From an uncultured delta proteobacterium (lineage in GTDB: Bacteria > Myxococcota_A > Polyangia > Polyangiales > Polyangiaceae), in contig CAVQUB010000009.1 of the NCBI GenBank assembly GCA_963716725.1, positions 320,001-384,000 on the forward strand: a stretch of DNA of 64,000 nucleotides, in the 5' to 3' direction. Positions 10,675-21,164 of this stretch are shown here, piece after piece (positions within the stretch are counted from its first letter, which is position 1; each line of letters opens with the position of its first letter). The translations under genes and the position numbers were made by a program. Below the pieces are notes generated by a model, which was not told the DNA's origin, searched no databases, and saw nothing but the letters and a program-made list of their open reading frames with translations.

Positions 10675-11814
10675 TCAGGACTGACCGGCGGCCGCCAGCT
10701 GCTGCTGTTGCTGCTGGAGGAACTGAGCGACCGCGCGCGATCGCTCGATGGCAAACTGCTTTACTTCGCGGTTCGACGAGCCTGCCAGCGCGTTCAAGAG
10801 CTTCGTCACCTTGTCGATCTGACGAGCTTGGAACAACGCCTCGAAATAATTGTTGGCGAGACGCACGTCGTTCACCATGGAGTTTTCGTGCTTGGAGAGC
10901 AGGCCGATCACCTGGTCCAGGTCGCCCGACTGTCCATAGAGCGCGGACAGCGAGATCAACGCGAGAGTGTCCTTCTCGTTGCGCGCGACGGCCTTCTTCG
11001 CGAGCTCGATGGCCTTGTCGCGAGTGCTCTCTTCGCCGGAATAGAAGCCCTGGAGCGCGACGTAAGGCGCAGACGAACGCTTGTGCGTCTCGGCGTCGGC
11101 CAAGTCGGCCACGGCCTTCAGCGCCGCCTCTTCGTTCTCGTTCTCGCGGACGTGCGCGTAGAGGTAGGCCCAGGCGTCGACGCAGCCGGTGTCGGTGTTG
11201 ATCGCTCGCTGAATCCACTCGCGCTCGGCGGCCTTGTCGGCCTTGCCCTTCGAGACCTTGGCCAGGTGCAGGGCGGGGTACGGGTTGTCCGCCATGAGAT
11301 TGAGCGCTCCCTTGAGGGTGGCCTCGGCCTTGTCCCACTTCTCTTGCTGCATCTGCGCGATGCCGAGACCCAGCCAGTCCTCGCCGGTACCGCCCGACGC
11401 GACGACCTTCGCCAGCACCTTTTCGGCGCGCTCGAAGCGATTGTATTTCATCAGCTCCTGGGCGAAGAGCCGGCCGCGGTTCAGATCGTCCTTGTTCTCG
11501 CTCCAGTGTTTCTCGAGACCCGAGAGCAGATCTTCGAGGCCGATGGCGATCGGACGACCCTCTGCATCCTGCACCTGCACCGCGGGGCCGTTGAAGCCGA
11601 GCAGCTTCCACATCTGCTCGACCTCCATGGCGACGGGGCCGTTCTTGATCGACTCGAGCAGCTCGTCGGAGGGCTTCGAGAGCGGCAACACCACGAGCGC
11701 GTTTCCGGGAACGCCTCCGGGGAAGGCGCTGACCGGGGCGACGATGGCGGCGCCACCTTGGAGCTGGAGGTTGGTGGGCTGTTCGGCGGCACCAGGCAGA
11801 TTGGGCTGAGTCAT
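10675..11814 (-). CDS. Tetratricopeptide-repeat protein
   Basis: Repeated helical TPR-like units (WLGLGIAQMQQEKWDKAEATLKGAL); strong coding-type codon bias. Confidence 0.75.
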   Translation of the reverse strand: MTQPNLPGAAEQPTNLQLQGGAAIVAPVSAFPGGVPGNALVVLPLSKPSDELLESIKNGPVAMEVEQMWKLLGFNGPAVQVQDAEGRPIAIGLEDLLSGLEKHWSENKDDLNRGRLFAQELMKYNRFERAEKVLAKVVASGGTGEDWLGLGIAQMQQEKWDKAEATLKGALNLMADNPYPALHLAKVSKGKADKAAEREWIQRAINTDTGCVDAWAYLYAHVRENENEEAALKAVADLADAETHKRSSAPYVALQGFYSGEESTRDKAIELAKKAVARNEKDTLALISLSALYGQSGDLDQVIGLLSKHENSMVNDVRLANNYFEALFQARQIDKVTKLLNALAGSSNREVKQFAIERSRAVAQFLQQQQQQLAAAGQS

Positions 11815-11969
11815 TGGAACACCTCTCTCGGGACCTGCGCGCGCGCGGCCCGAGCCGCGGCACGGGCCAGACGGCTCCCCGGTTCGGGGGGGCGGAAGCT
11901 AGCAGCGGGCGCGGTGCCGGGCAACGGGACTCGACAACCCCGCGGGGATGAGCGAAAACGGGAGAATCA

Positions 11970-12485
11970 ATGCAGAAAACGGCCGCGACCCTGATCACCG
12001 TGGTGGGCGCGTTGCTCGCTCACGTCGCGGAGGCTCGCGCGGACCAGCTGGTGATCAAGCACCCCGGCCGACACCCGGACTACAGCGTCGAGGTCGAGCC
12101 GCATTTCTTCTTCGGATTCGATCCTCCAGGCGCGAAGGCGAGCAAGGGCTACGGCCCCGGACTGCGCGCCACCATCGAGCTCGTCGACAACGGGTTCATC
12201 AAGACGATCAACAATACGGTGGGCCTGGGCTTCGGCTTCGATTGGATCGCGTTCCAGAGCAAGCACCAGGCGGTGTGGGTGCCCGTGGTGATGCAGTGGA
12301 ACTTCTGGCTCAGCCGGAGCTGGAGCGTCTTCGGCGAGCCCGGTGGCGGCTTCTGGCTGGGCAACGCCAAGGGGATCCGGCCCGCCTTCTACGGCGGCGG
12401 CCGTTTTCACTTCAGCGACAAGATCGCACTGACGGCGCGCGTTGGCTTCCCAGCGCTGAGCCTGGGCGCGTCCTTCGTGTTCTGA
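11970..12485 (+). CDS. Small outer-membrane beta-barrel protein
   Basis: Signal peptide AEARA; amphipathic strands; C-terminal Phe (GASFVF). Confidence 0.65.
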   Translation: MQKTAATLITVVGALLAHVAEARADQLVIKHPGRHPDYSVEVEPHFFFGFDPPGAKASKGYGPGLRATIELVDNGFIKTINNTVGLGFGFDWIAFQSKHQAVWVPVVMQWNFWLSRSWSVFGEPGGGFWLGNAKGIRPAFYGGGRFHFSDKIALTARVGFPALSLGASFVF

Positions 12486-12569
12486 ACCGGGCGCCCAGGC
12501 CACGAAAAGCCCAATCTGAGCGGGCCAACGTGGCGGGTCGCGGCCGGGAAGGCTATAGAAAACCCTCCG

Positions 12570-13583
12570 GTGACCATCCTCATCAGCATCCTCGGCCTGG
12601 CCCTTCTGATGGTGATTCACGAAGGCGGACATCTGCTGGCGGCACGGGCCTTCGGCATGCGCGTGATCCGATTCAGCATCGGCTTCGGGCCCGCGCTGTG
12701 GAAGCACCAACCGCGCGGCAGCGATACCGTGTACCAGATCGCGCTGATCCCCTTTTTGGCCTACGTGCAAATTGCCGGGATGAACCCCCTCGAGGAGATC
12801 GATCCCGACGACAAGGGCAGCTACGCCAACGCCTCGCTCCTGGGGCGCATCTCGGCCATCGTCGCCGGGCCACTGGCCAACTACCTGTTTGCCTCCGTGT
12901 TCTTCTTCGTGGCGTTCTTGATTGGCGGTGAACCGACCCGAATCCACGTGATGAAGGAGGGCGCGGCCGAGCGCGCTGGAATGCAGAACGGCGACAAGGT
13001 GCTCAGCATCGACGGCACCAAGATCGAGCGCTGGGAGCAGATCCCCGAGCTGGTACTGCCGCGCGCAAATCAGAAGATGAACATCGTCGTGGATCGGGGC
13101 GGCGAGCAGAAGAGCATCGAGCTCGTGCCCGAGCCCAAGGCGAAGTCCGGTGGCGGCCAGATCGGCGTTCGCCCAGTGTCCGCCGTGCCCGCGCTGGGCG
13201 TAAGAGAAGCCGCCGTCGAGTCCATCATCCACCCCGCGAAGGTCGTCGAGGCGCTGGTCGTGGGGCTGGGCCGAATGATCACCGGTCGAGAGAAGCCCGA
13301 GGTCTCCGGCCCGGTGGGCATCGTGCGAGAGACGAGCCGCGCCGCCGAACAAGGCGCGGCAGAATACCTGTTTTTGCTCGGCCTTTTGAGCGCATATCTG
13401 GGCGGCTTCAACCTGCTCCCATTCCCGGCACTGGACGGCGGCCGCCTGATGTTCTTGTCCTACGAGGCCGTGACACGCCGGCGACCGAACGCCAAAATCG
13501 AGGCCCACGTGCACGCCGTTGGTCTCTTGATGCTTCTGGCGTTGATCGCGGTGGTGAGCGTCTTCGACATCCGCGGAAAGTGA
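12570..13583 (+). CDS. rseP: RIP metalloprotease RseP (M50 family, one PDZ domain)
   Basis: HEGGH, FSIGFGP, AGPLANY, PDZ, SGPVGI, NLLPFPALDGG. Confidence 0.92.
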   Translation: MTILISILGLALLMVIHEGGHLLAARAFGMRVIRFSIGFGPALWKHQPRGSDTVYQIALIPFLAYVQIAGMNPLEEIDPDDKGSYANASLLGRISAIVAGPLANYLFASVFFFVAFLIGGEPTRIHVMKEGAAERAGMQNGDKVLSIDGTKIERWEQIPELVLPRANQKMNIVVDRGGEQKSIELVPEPKAKSGGGQIGVRPVSAVPALGVREAAVESIIHPAKVVEALVVGLGRMITGREKPEVSGPVGIVRETSRAAEQGAAEYLFLLGLLSAYLGGFNLLPFPALDGGRLMFLSYEAVTRRRPNAKIEAHVHAVGLLMLLALIAVVSVFDIRGK

Positions 13584-14437
13584 GCGGCTACGTCGAGCTC
13601 CACGGGCGGGGCATGCACTCGGGCGCGCCGACCAGCGTGCGCTTCGATGCGCGCCCCGGCCCCTTGTTGTTTCGGCTGGGACCCGACCAGGCCAGCATCG
13701 AGGAGCTCGAGGTCGTCCGCGCGGATCAGGGCGTCTGCCTGAAGGCGCGTCGCGGAAGCCACGAAGTCGACGTGTGCGAGCATCTGCTCGCGGCGCTCGC
13801 GGGTCTCGGCGTGCGCAGTGGTCTGCTCGTGTCGCTGCCGGGGTCCGAGGTCCCGTTGCTCGACGGCTGCGCGCACGAGCTCGCGCGGGCGCTGTCGCTT
13901 CTCGCGCCGCGGCGCGACCCGCCGCCGCTGGTCGTGGCGCAGCGCGCGGAGATCGTGCATGGCTCGAGCCGGTATCGCTTCGAGCCGGCCGCTGGATTGC
14001 GGCTGGAGGTGGAGGTCGAGTTTCCGGGTGACCCCGCCAGCATGCGCGCCGAGCACAGCGTCGAGGATGTCGGCCACTTCGTGAGCACCATCGCTCGCGC
14101 TCGGACTTTCGGCTTCGAGTCGGACGCTGAGCGGCTGCGAGCCCGGGGACGTGCGCGCCACGTGGACCCGGCCGCGGTCGTGGTCCTCGACGCGCAGGGC
14201 CGGGCCCTGGCCCCTTCGGCGGCGCTGGCCGACGGGGAGCTGGCGCACCACAAGCTCCTCGATCTGATGGGCGACCTGTATTTGTACGGCGGCCCTCCGC
14301 TCGGATGCGTCTGGGCGCGGCGCCCCGGGCACGAAGCGACCCACCGAGTCATGCGGAAAGCCCTCGACCAGGGCGTGCTGGTCCGCGCCCCGGCCGGGCC
14401 TGCCGACGGCCGCGCGGGGGCCGCAAACTACAAATGA
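13580..14437 (+). CDS. lpxC: UDP-3-O-acyl-GlcNAc deacetylase
   Basis: GRGMHSG, EHLLAAL, ARARTFGF, HKLLDLMGDL, GH motifs. Confidence 0.85.
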   Translation: MSGYVELHGRGMHSGAPTSVRFDARPGPLLFRLGPDQASIEELEVVRADQGVCLKARRGSHEVDVCEHLLAALAGLGVRSGLLVSLPGSEVPLLDGCAHELARALSLLAPRRDPPPLVVAQRAEIVHGSSRYRFEPAAGLRLEVEVEFPGDPASMRAEHSVEDVGHFVSTIARARTFGFESDAERLRARGRARHVDPAAVVVLDAQGRALAPSAALADGELAHHKLLDLMGDLYLYGGPPLGCVWARRPGHEATHRVMRKALDQGVLVRAPAGPADGRAGAANYK

Positions 14438-15150
14438 CCTCGCTCAGGCGCTACGCTTGCCCTCGATGCATCTGCGCAGCGTTGCGATCTCTGCTGGGAG
14501 CCTCCCTGCTCGCGGCGTGTTCGAACCCCAAGGTTCCCCTCGCCGAGGGCCCCCGCGAGTACGCTCCGACCGACTACGAAATCGTGCTCGACCGCTGGAC
14601 TCGCAGCGACAATCTGGTGACCGCGACCGAGCTCGACAACGTGCTGAGCGTCACCGCGACCTACGAGTCGTGGGACTTCCGCTGGGCCTACGTGGTCCGC
14701 TACGCCGACGACTATCGCTTGACCGTCGATCAGCGGCGCTCGTTGCTCGAACGCTCGCTGGCCGAGAGCCGGACCGCGCACACGTTCTACGTCGCCCTCT
14801 ACGCGCAGCGGCACAAGTGGGGCGACCTGATGGCCGACAACCCAGCCTGGATCGTGCGGCTGATCGACGACCAGGGCAACGAGACCGCCCCCGCAGAGAT
14901 CGAAGCGATCAAGAAGCCGGGCGCCATCGAGCGCACCTACTTCCCGTACACGACCCCCTGGCGCAGCGCTTACCGGATCCGTTTCCCCCAGACCCACGGC
15001 GACGGGCGGCCGACGTTGTCGAAGACCGCGAGCTGGATCGGCCTCAGATTCGCGGGAGCGCAAGGCAACCAGGCGCTGGTGTGGGAGGTCGAGCGGCCCT
15101 CTCAGCGAGGCGTCAGCCGGCGAGGATCTCGAGCAATGGCGGCACGCTGA
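14434..15150 (+). CDS. Hypothetical lipoprotein
   Basis: Lipobox LLAAC; ATGA overlap with lpxC. Confidence 0.65.
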   Translation: MTSLRRYACPRCICAALRSLLGASLLAACSNPKVPLAEGPREYAPTDYEIVLDRWTRSDNLVTATELDNVLSVTATYESWDFRWAYVVRYADDYRLTVDQRRSLLERSLAESRTAHTFYVALYAQRHKWGDLMADNPAWIVRLIDDQGNETAPAEIEAIKKPGAIERTYFPYTTPWRSAYRIRFPQTHGDGRPTLSKTASWIGLRFAGAQGNQALVWEVERPSQRGVSRRGSRAMAAR

Positions 15151-16672
15151 CCATCAGCTCGTGCGCCGCGTGGCGCTCCGCGAACAGCAGCAGGGCGCCG
15201 CTGGGGCCGGCGCGGGCGCCCATGGGAGCCACCGACGCCGACATGACCGAGGTGGCGAATAGGAACTCGCCGGGCCCGAGCTCGCCGACCACGTCCTCAC
15301 CCGCAATGAGCTCGATCACTCCTCCGCCGACGATGAACATGCCGGGCACGGGGCTGCCCGAAGTGACGATGCCTTCGCCCGCCATGAATGCCCGGACCTC
15401 GCAGCGACTGGTGACCATCTGGCGCAACGCTTCGTCGAGTCGCTCACCCAGCGGGCCCATGGTGGCGCCAGCGAGAGCTTGAAAGCGATCGGCTACCAGC
15501 CGCAGCTCGTCCGCAACCCAGGGACAGGCCGAGGTCGCGCTCGCGAGAGCCGCCTCGTCCCACACCGCGACCTTGGTGTCGCTCTCGCCGGCCACCACTC
15601 GCAGCGAGACGCTCTCGTCGAAGGTGCCGCGGGTGAAGACCACGTCTCCCACCTGCGCCAGGGCGCAGGGCACGTCGGCAATCGACGCCATGACGCTGGT
15701 CCAACCTTCGACGACCAACGCGACCGCGAACGCGCTCACCTCTTCGTCGACGTCCAAGCTCTCGATCCGAGCGACCCGCACCAACTCGGCCTGGGCCTCC
15801 GGGGGCAGATCCTGCAAACCGGCGACGTCCGCGAGGCTGACGCCTCCGAGGCTCGCTTCCGTGCCCTCGCTCGGAGTCGGTGGGGCCTCGCCGCCGACTT
15901 CAAGCTCGGGGGCCCCGGCCGGGATTTCGTGCGAAGGCGGCCCGGCGGCTGCGCGCAACAATACGTCGAGGTCCTGCTCGCCGTCCCCGTCACCGCCCTC
16001 GAAGGACACCGACCCGAGGATCTCGGCCTCCGTCGTGCTGACGGTCGGAGACGAGTCCGGCGAGGGCATCTCCGACTCGGGCACCGCCCCGGGGCTCACG
16101 GTGGGCGCCTCGAAGACTTCCGCGGGCACGCCAACGGGCGCGGCCCCTATTGGCCTGGGTAGGTGCGGCGGCGGCGGCGCGGATGCCACCTTGGCGGTGG
16201 CCGACGGCGGAGGCGGTGGGCGCGCGCGGCGCCTCTTGCCCTCGGCGGGCAGAGTGGGCGGAGCCACGGGCGGAGGCGGAATGCTCGAGCCCAACCCCGG
16301 CACGCCGGCCGTCGACACGATCTCGGTCGCCACGTCCTCGTCGAACTCGACGTCGATGCTCGCACGAACGTTCGAGGAGGCGGAGCCGAGCAGGCTGTCC
16401 GCGACCGAGGTCTCCGTCTCGACGGGGGCAGGCGGCGAAGCAAACACGTCGTCGACGAGTCGCTCTTCGACGCCGGCGATCTGCGCATTGATCTGCATTG
16501 CGCGCTGCGCGTGGCCGACCTCCATGGCCGACTCGACCGCCCGACGCAGCCACAACACGGCATCGGGTTTCGCACCTCGGCGCCACTGCACGGCGGCCGT
16601 TTGGAGCGCCCACGCGACGTCGTCGTCGTCTTCGTCGAGCGGGATCGGGATCACGTCGTCCGGCGCGGACAT
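15113..16672 (-). CDS. Hypothetical protein with helical N-domain, Pro/acidic linker and degenerate cNMP-binding-like C-terminal domain(s)
   Basis: GEGIVTSGSPVPGMFIVGGGVIEL...ELGPGEFLF resembles a cNMP/Crp beta-roll. Confidence 0.55.
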   Translation of the reverse strand: MSAPDDVIPIPLDEDDDDVAWALQTAAVQWRRGAKPDAVLWLRRAVESAMEVGHAQRAMQINAQIAGVEERLVDDVFASPPAPVETETSVADSLLGSASSNVRASIDVEFDEDVATEIVSTAGVPGLGSSIPPPPVAPPTLPAEGKRRRARPPPPPSATAKVASAPPPPHLPRPIGAAPVGVPAEVFEAPTVSPGAVPESEMPSPDSSPTVSTTEAEILGSVSFEGGDGDGEQDLDVLLRAAAGPPSHEIPAGAPELEVGGEAPPTPSEGTEASLGGVSLADVAGLQDLPPEAQAELVRVARIESLDVDEEVSAFAVALVVEGWTSVMASIADVPCALAQVGDVVFTRGTFDESVSLRVVAGESDTKVAVWDEAALASATSACPWVADELRLVADRFQALAGATMGPLGERLDEALRQMVTSRCEVRAFMAGEGIVTSGSPVPGMFIVGGGVIELIAGEDVVGELGPGEFLFATSVMSASVAPMGARAGPSGALLLFAERHAAHELMVSVPPLLEILAG

Positions 16673-16731
16673 ATTCGGGCCTCGGAATCATAGGCCGACG
16701 GCGCGGCCTGCGGCAAAACGAGCAGCGTCAT

Positions 16732-19332
16732 TCAGGGCGGAGGCATCAGGATCTCGCGATCCTTTGCCCCGTTCGGCGGCCCCACCAGACCCCGGCGCTC
16801 CATGACCTCGACGATTTTGGCCGCGCGATTGTAGCCGACGGTCATCTTTCGCTGAAGCCAGGAGGTGGAACACCGGCGTGTCTCCTGCACGATCCGGACG
16901 GCCTCCTCGAAGCGCGCATCGATGGCCTCGTCGGCCTCTTCTCCGTCCGCGTCGTCGCCGGCGGCCAGGATCTCTTCGTGGTAGATCGGGCTCCCCTGCC
17001 GGCGCACGAAGTCGGTGAGCGCGGCGACCTCTTCTTCGCTCACGAAGGGACACTGGACTCGTCGCGTGTCGGTCGCGCCGTTCAGCTTGACCAGCATGTC
17101 GCCTTTGCCGAGCAACAGCTCGGCGCCTTGCTCGTCGAGAATGGTACGACTGTCGACCTTCTGCGCGACGCGGAAGCCAATGCGCGACGGGAAGTTCGCC
17201 TTGATCATGCCGGTGATCACGTCGACGCTCGGGCGCTGCGTCGCGAGCACGACGTGCATGCCCGCCGCGCGGGCCTTTTGAGCCAGGCGCGCGACGCACA
17301 CCTCGACCTCTTTGCCCTGCTGCATCATGAGATCGGCGAACTCGTCCACGACGATCACGATATAGGGCAGCTTGTGCGGCAAGAGCTTGCCGTCGGAGCC
17401 GTCCTTGGCGACCGGAACGCTGACCATCGATCCGTCGGGCGCAAGCGCTTCCACCTCGTCAGGCGCAGGTGCAGGCGCCTCGCCAGACACGACCCGCTTC
17501 ACCCATGCGTTGTAGGTCGCGATGTTCTTGGTGCCGGCGTTGGCGAAGAGTTGGTAGCGGCGCTCCATCTCGTCAACGGCCCACTTGAGCGCCGTCGCGG
17601 CCTTCTTCATGTCAGTGACGACCGGCAAGAGCATGTGCGGAATGCCGTCGAAAGGCGCCAACTCGACCACCTTGGGGTCGATCATGAGAAAGCGTAGCTC
17701 TTCGGGGCTGCGACAGAAGAGCAGGCTCGAGAGCATCACGTTGAGGCCGACGCTCTTGCCGGCCCCGGTCGCGCCGGCCACGATCACGTGGGGCATGGAC
17801 GCGAGATCCGCATAGAACGGCACGCCGACGATGTCGCGCCCGAGCACCACCGGTAGCGGGGCCTTCTCGGCCAGCTTCGCGAAGTGTTTGTCTTCAATCA
17901 GCTCGCGCAGATTGACCGGGATCCGCTCGTCGTTGGGGATTTCGAAGCCGATGCGGTTCTTTCCTGGGATGGGCGCGACGATGCGCACCGTTCGCGACAG
18001 TCCGAGCGCGAGGTCGTCGGCGAGGCTCGCGACCTTGCTGACCTTGGTCCCGGGCTCGGGCGCGACTTCGTACATGGTGACGGTCGGTCCGGGGTGGACC
18101 TCTTCGACGCGCACGGACACGCCATAGTCTGCGAGGGTCTTCTCGAGCAGCGACGCGTTCTGACGGATGCGCTCCTTGTCGACATCGCTCTGCACGTGAG
18201 TGGAGACGGCGAGGAGGCTCGCCGCCGGAAACGCGTAGCCCGGGGTGTTTCGCGGGCTCGGCCCGCTGCCGACCTTCACGACCTTGGCTTGGTGGGACTC
18301 GACGATGACGAGCCCCGCTGGCGCCGTCTTCGCTTTGTCGACCTTCGCGCGCGCCGGGGGTGGCTCGGCGGATTCTGCCAGGGCGACCTCGGCCAACTCC
18401 GGGGTCGGGGGGCTGGCGGCCTCGACCGGGACCGGCGAAGGGACCACGTCCACCGGGCTCGCCGCCGGGGTGAGCAGCGCCTCGACCGGACCACCCGCTC
18501 GAGCTCGGCGAAGCGCGGTGGAGACGGCGATCGGAGGCGTGCATGTGGTCTCCGGGGGTCCGAAGAGTTCATCGTCGATCAGCTGCGCGATGATCGCCTC
18601 GTCGGTTTCATGGGAGGTGATCTGCGGTGCGGCGGCTTCGATGCGCTGCGCCCTCTCCTCTTTGCGCAGCTCCCGAGCCTCTAGCCATGCGATGCCCATG
18701 CGCCGCGACGTGGCCCGCGCGCGTTCGGCGACGATGGCGAGGATCACCCCGGTCTTCTGCACCAGGCCAATGAAGGAGAAGCTGCTGCGCCCGATCAGGA
18801 TCAAACCCACGACCGTCCCACCCACCAGGAAGGAACCGACCGACGAGAACAGGCCGCGCGCCAGCTCGCCGAACACCAGCCCAACGTTGCCGCCGGACGG
18901 GACCCGTCCGAAGACCAGGAGCTCGGGCGCGGCCACGCGGACGAGCGAGGCGATGACGATGGCCAGTACCAGATCGCCGGCCACTCGGAGGCTGGCGGAC
19001 CCGATGTCTCTGCGTCGCAGGAGCGGCAGCCCAATGAGCGCGATCTCGAGCGGCACGAGCCAGGCAACGACGCCGAAGGCGCGGACGAGGATGCTGGCGA
19101 CGAATGCTCCCACCGGACCGACCCAGTCGCGACCAATGACGGTGGGGTCGTTCAGGTCGAGCCGGAAGCTGGCCAGCGCGAGGCAGAGGAAGCAGGACAC
19201 CGCGAACAGCAGCAGGGCGGCGGCCTCGCGGCCCCTCCGGGCGGACAGGGTCGGCGAACTCGGCGCGCGCTCCGCTGCGGCGGGCGGCTCCGGCGCTGGC
19301 GCGCGGCGTGGCGAAAAGGGTCGGGCGCCCAT
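16732..19332 (-). CDS. ftsK: DNA translocase FtsK (4TM N-terminus, motor, gamma domain)
   Basis: PHVIVAGATGAGKSV, MIDPK, VVDEFADLM, ATQRPSVDVITG, SWLQRKMTVGYNRAA. Confidence 0.97.
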   Translation of the reverse strand: MGARPFSPRRAPAPEPPAAAERAPSSPTLSARRGREAAALLLFAVSCFLCLALASFRLDLNDPTVIGRDWVGPVGAFVASILVRAFGVVAWLVPLEIALIGLPLLRRRDIGSASLRVAGDLVLAIVIASLVRVAAPELLVFGRVPSGGNVGLVFGELARGLFSSVGSFLVGGTVVGLILIGRSSFSFIGLVQKTGVILAIVAERARATSRRMGIAWLEARELRKEERAQRIEAAAPQITSHETDEAIIAQLIDDELFGPPETTCTPPIAVSTALRRARAGGPVEALLTPAASPVDVVPSPVPVEAASPPTPELAEVALAESAEPPPARAKVDKAKTAPAGLVIVESHQAKVVKVGSGPSPRNTPGYAFPAASLLAVSTHVQSDVDKERIRQNASLLEKTLADYGVSVRVEEVHPGPTVTMYEVAPEPGTKVSKVASLADDLALGLSRTVRIVAPIPGKNRIGFEIPNDERIPVNLRELIEDKHFAKLAEKAPLPVVLGRDIVGVPFYADLASMPHVIVAGATGAGKSVGLNVMLSSLLFCRSPEELRFLMIDPKVVELAPFDGIPHMLLPVVTDMKKAATALKWAVDEMERRYQLFANAGTKNIATYNAWVKRVVSGEAPAPAPDEVEALAPDGSMVSVPVAKDGSDGKLLPHKLPYIVIVVDEFADLMMQQGKEVEVCVARLAQKARAAGMHVVLATQRPSVDVITGMIKANFPSRIGFRVAQKVDSRTILDEQGAELLLGKGDMLVKLNGATDTRRVQCPFVSEEEVAALTDFVRRQGSPIYHEEILAAGDDADGEEADEAIDARFEEAVRIVQETRRCSTSWLQRKMTVGYNRAAKIVEVMERRGLVGPPNGAKDREILMPPP

Positions 19333-19514
19333 GTAGGGTACTGACCTACATCAGGTACCCAGACTGGGAAAATAAGCTGCGGACTGGCCCACCCGACGCC
19401 CGTTCAGTACCGAAATCTTCAGCCCGGAAGTCCGCCGTTCCCTTGAGTCGGGTTCGGCCGAACCTGTACACTCCTGCCTCTTCGATCCAGAAGCAACTCG
19501 GGCGGGCCCCTCGA

Positions 19515-21164
19515 ATGGCAAGGTACGCGAAAACGAAAAGGTTCTCGGCGAAGCTCGGCGCAAGTTGGGCACGCACGCTCCAGCTGGTCACCCTCGGTGC
19601 TGCGATCGGCATCGGAGCGGCCTCCCAGGGGTGCCGCACGAGCAACGACGACATCGATCGATGGACGACCACGGCTCAAGGGCCACGCAAGCTCGTCGCG
19701 GTGCTGACACACGACAAGTATCCGCTCGAGATCCGCGTCGAAGCGGCCATGGGCATGGTGCGCATGAAGGCCCGAGGCGGTCGGCGCATCGGCATCAACG
19801 GGCAAGACGACCAACCGGGGCTGCTCAGCGCACTCGAGTCGATACCGCCTGCCGTGCGTGAAAAGATCGTGTCGCGCATGGTGCCGCGTCTCGAAGCCGA
19901 AATGAAGAAGGAGCCGCCGAAGGCTCAGGCCGGGCAAACAGCCCCGGCCGATCCCAGCTTCGATCACAAAGACGCGGCCTACGCTCTGCTCACGCACAAC
20001 GAGGGAACCCTCGTTCAGAGCGAAGAGATCAAACAACGCCTGCGAGTCGCCTTGATCGATTGGTCGATGACCAACTTCGCGGATCGCCTCGAAGAATCTT
20101 CCCAGCTCTACGGGGTGGAGCAGGTGTTGCGATTCCTCGGCTCCGAGGGTGTGGCACGCCTGCCCCCGCAGGTCGTGCCGGGGGCCAAGAAGCTGGACCG
20201 AATGGCAGATCTCATCGCCGAGCTGGGTGATGCCAAGACCAAAGCGGCCGGCAGCCAGCAGCTGGTGGCCATCGCGAAGGACATCTCTTCGGATCACTGG
20301 GTCCAGCAGAAGTCGCCCTTGGTCGATGCCGCGAACAAGGCGAGCAAGCTGAACCCCAACCCCGAGCAGTTCAAGGCGCAGCTCGATCAGTATCAAGAAG
20401 AAGAGCTGCTCCGCGTGTTCGCCTCCATGAAGAAGGTCGGCCAACCGCCGGCCGTCGAATACCTTCTCGACTTCGCCAAGAACGACAAGAACGAGAAGCG
20501 GCGTGCCGCGGCCCTGGCAGCCCTCGAGGGCAACCTCGACAAACACGACGCCAAGCACGTCACGAGCATCCTCGACATCGCGTCGGGGGCAGACACCCCC
20601 CTCACGGTGCGAGACATCGCGCTCCGACGGGTCGGTGAGCTGCCTCGCAAGCAGGTCGTCGAGCGGCTCTACGGGCTCTTCTCCAACGACAACTGGAAGA
20701 TCCGCTGGGTAGCGGCCGAGCTCGTGCTGAAGATGAGCGACACGTCCCAGCTCGACGAGTTCATGGGCAAGCTCGCGAGCGTCCGGCACATGGCCCTCAC
20801 CGAGCCGCTGCGTTACGGCGCGCTGATCGGCGAGATGAAGGGCAAGGACAAGCCCGAGAGTTCCGTGCGACGGCTGTTGGGGCGCGATCAGGCGGTGCCC
20901 GTACGTCTCAGCGCACTCGGGTTCTACTACGAGTGGGGCGGCAAGCCGGACCTCTCGAAGATCGAGGGCCTGATGAGTGATCGCGCCAAGGTGCCCAGCT
21001 GCAGCGAAGGCGCCGAGGACTGCGAGTGGCAGTGCGGCGTGGGTGAGGGCAAGAGCCAAGAGCTCAAGGAAATCAAGACTGTCGGAGACTTCGCCCAATA
21101 CTGCGTCAAGCCAGCGATGGAGAAGCGCGCGGTGGGCAAGAAGGACGAAACCAAGGGCAAGTGA
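19515..21164 (+). CDS. HEAT-repeat-like lipoprotein
   Basis: Signal ending ASQGC; helical repeats (RRAAALAAL, VRDIALRRV, IRWVAAELV). Confidence 0.6.
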   Translation: MARYAKTKRFSAKLGASWARTLQLVTLGAAIGIGAASQGCRTSNDDIDRWTTTAQGPRKLVAVLTHDKYPLEIRVEAAMGMVRMKARGGRRIGINGQDDQPGLLSALESIPPAVREKIVSRMVPRLEAEMKKEPPKAQAGQTAPADPSFDHKDAAYALLTHNEGTLVQSEEIKQRLRVALIDWSMTNFADRLEESSQLYGVEQVLRFLGSEGVARLPPQVVPGAKKLDRMADLIAELGDAKTKAAGSQQLVAIAKDISSDHWVQQKSPLVDAANKASKLNPNPEQFKAQLDQYQEEELLRVFASMKKVGQPPAVEYLLDFAKNDKNEKRRAAALAALEGNLDKHDAKHVTSILDIASGADTPLTVRDIALRRVGELPRKQVVERLYGLFSNDNWKIRWVAAELVLKMSDTSQLDEFMGKLASVRHMALTEPLRYGALIGEMKGKDKPESSVRRLLGRDQAVPVRLSALGFYYEWGGKPDLSKIEGLMSDRAKVPSCSEGAEDCEWQCGVGEGKSQELKEIKTVGDFAQYCVKPAMEKRAVGKKDETKGK

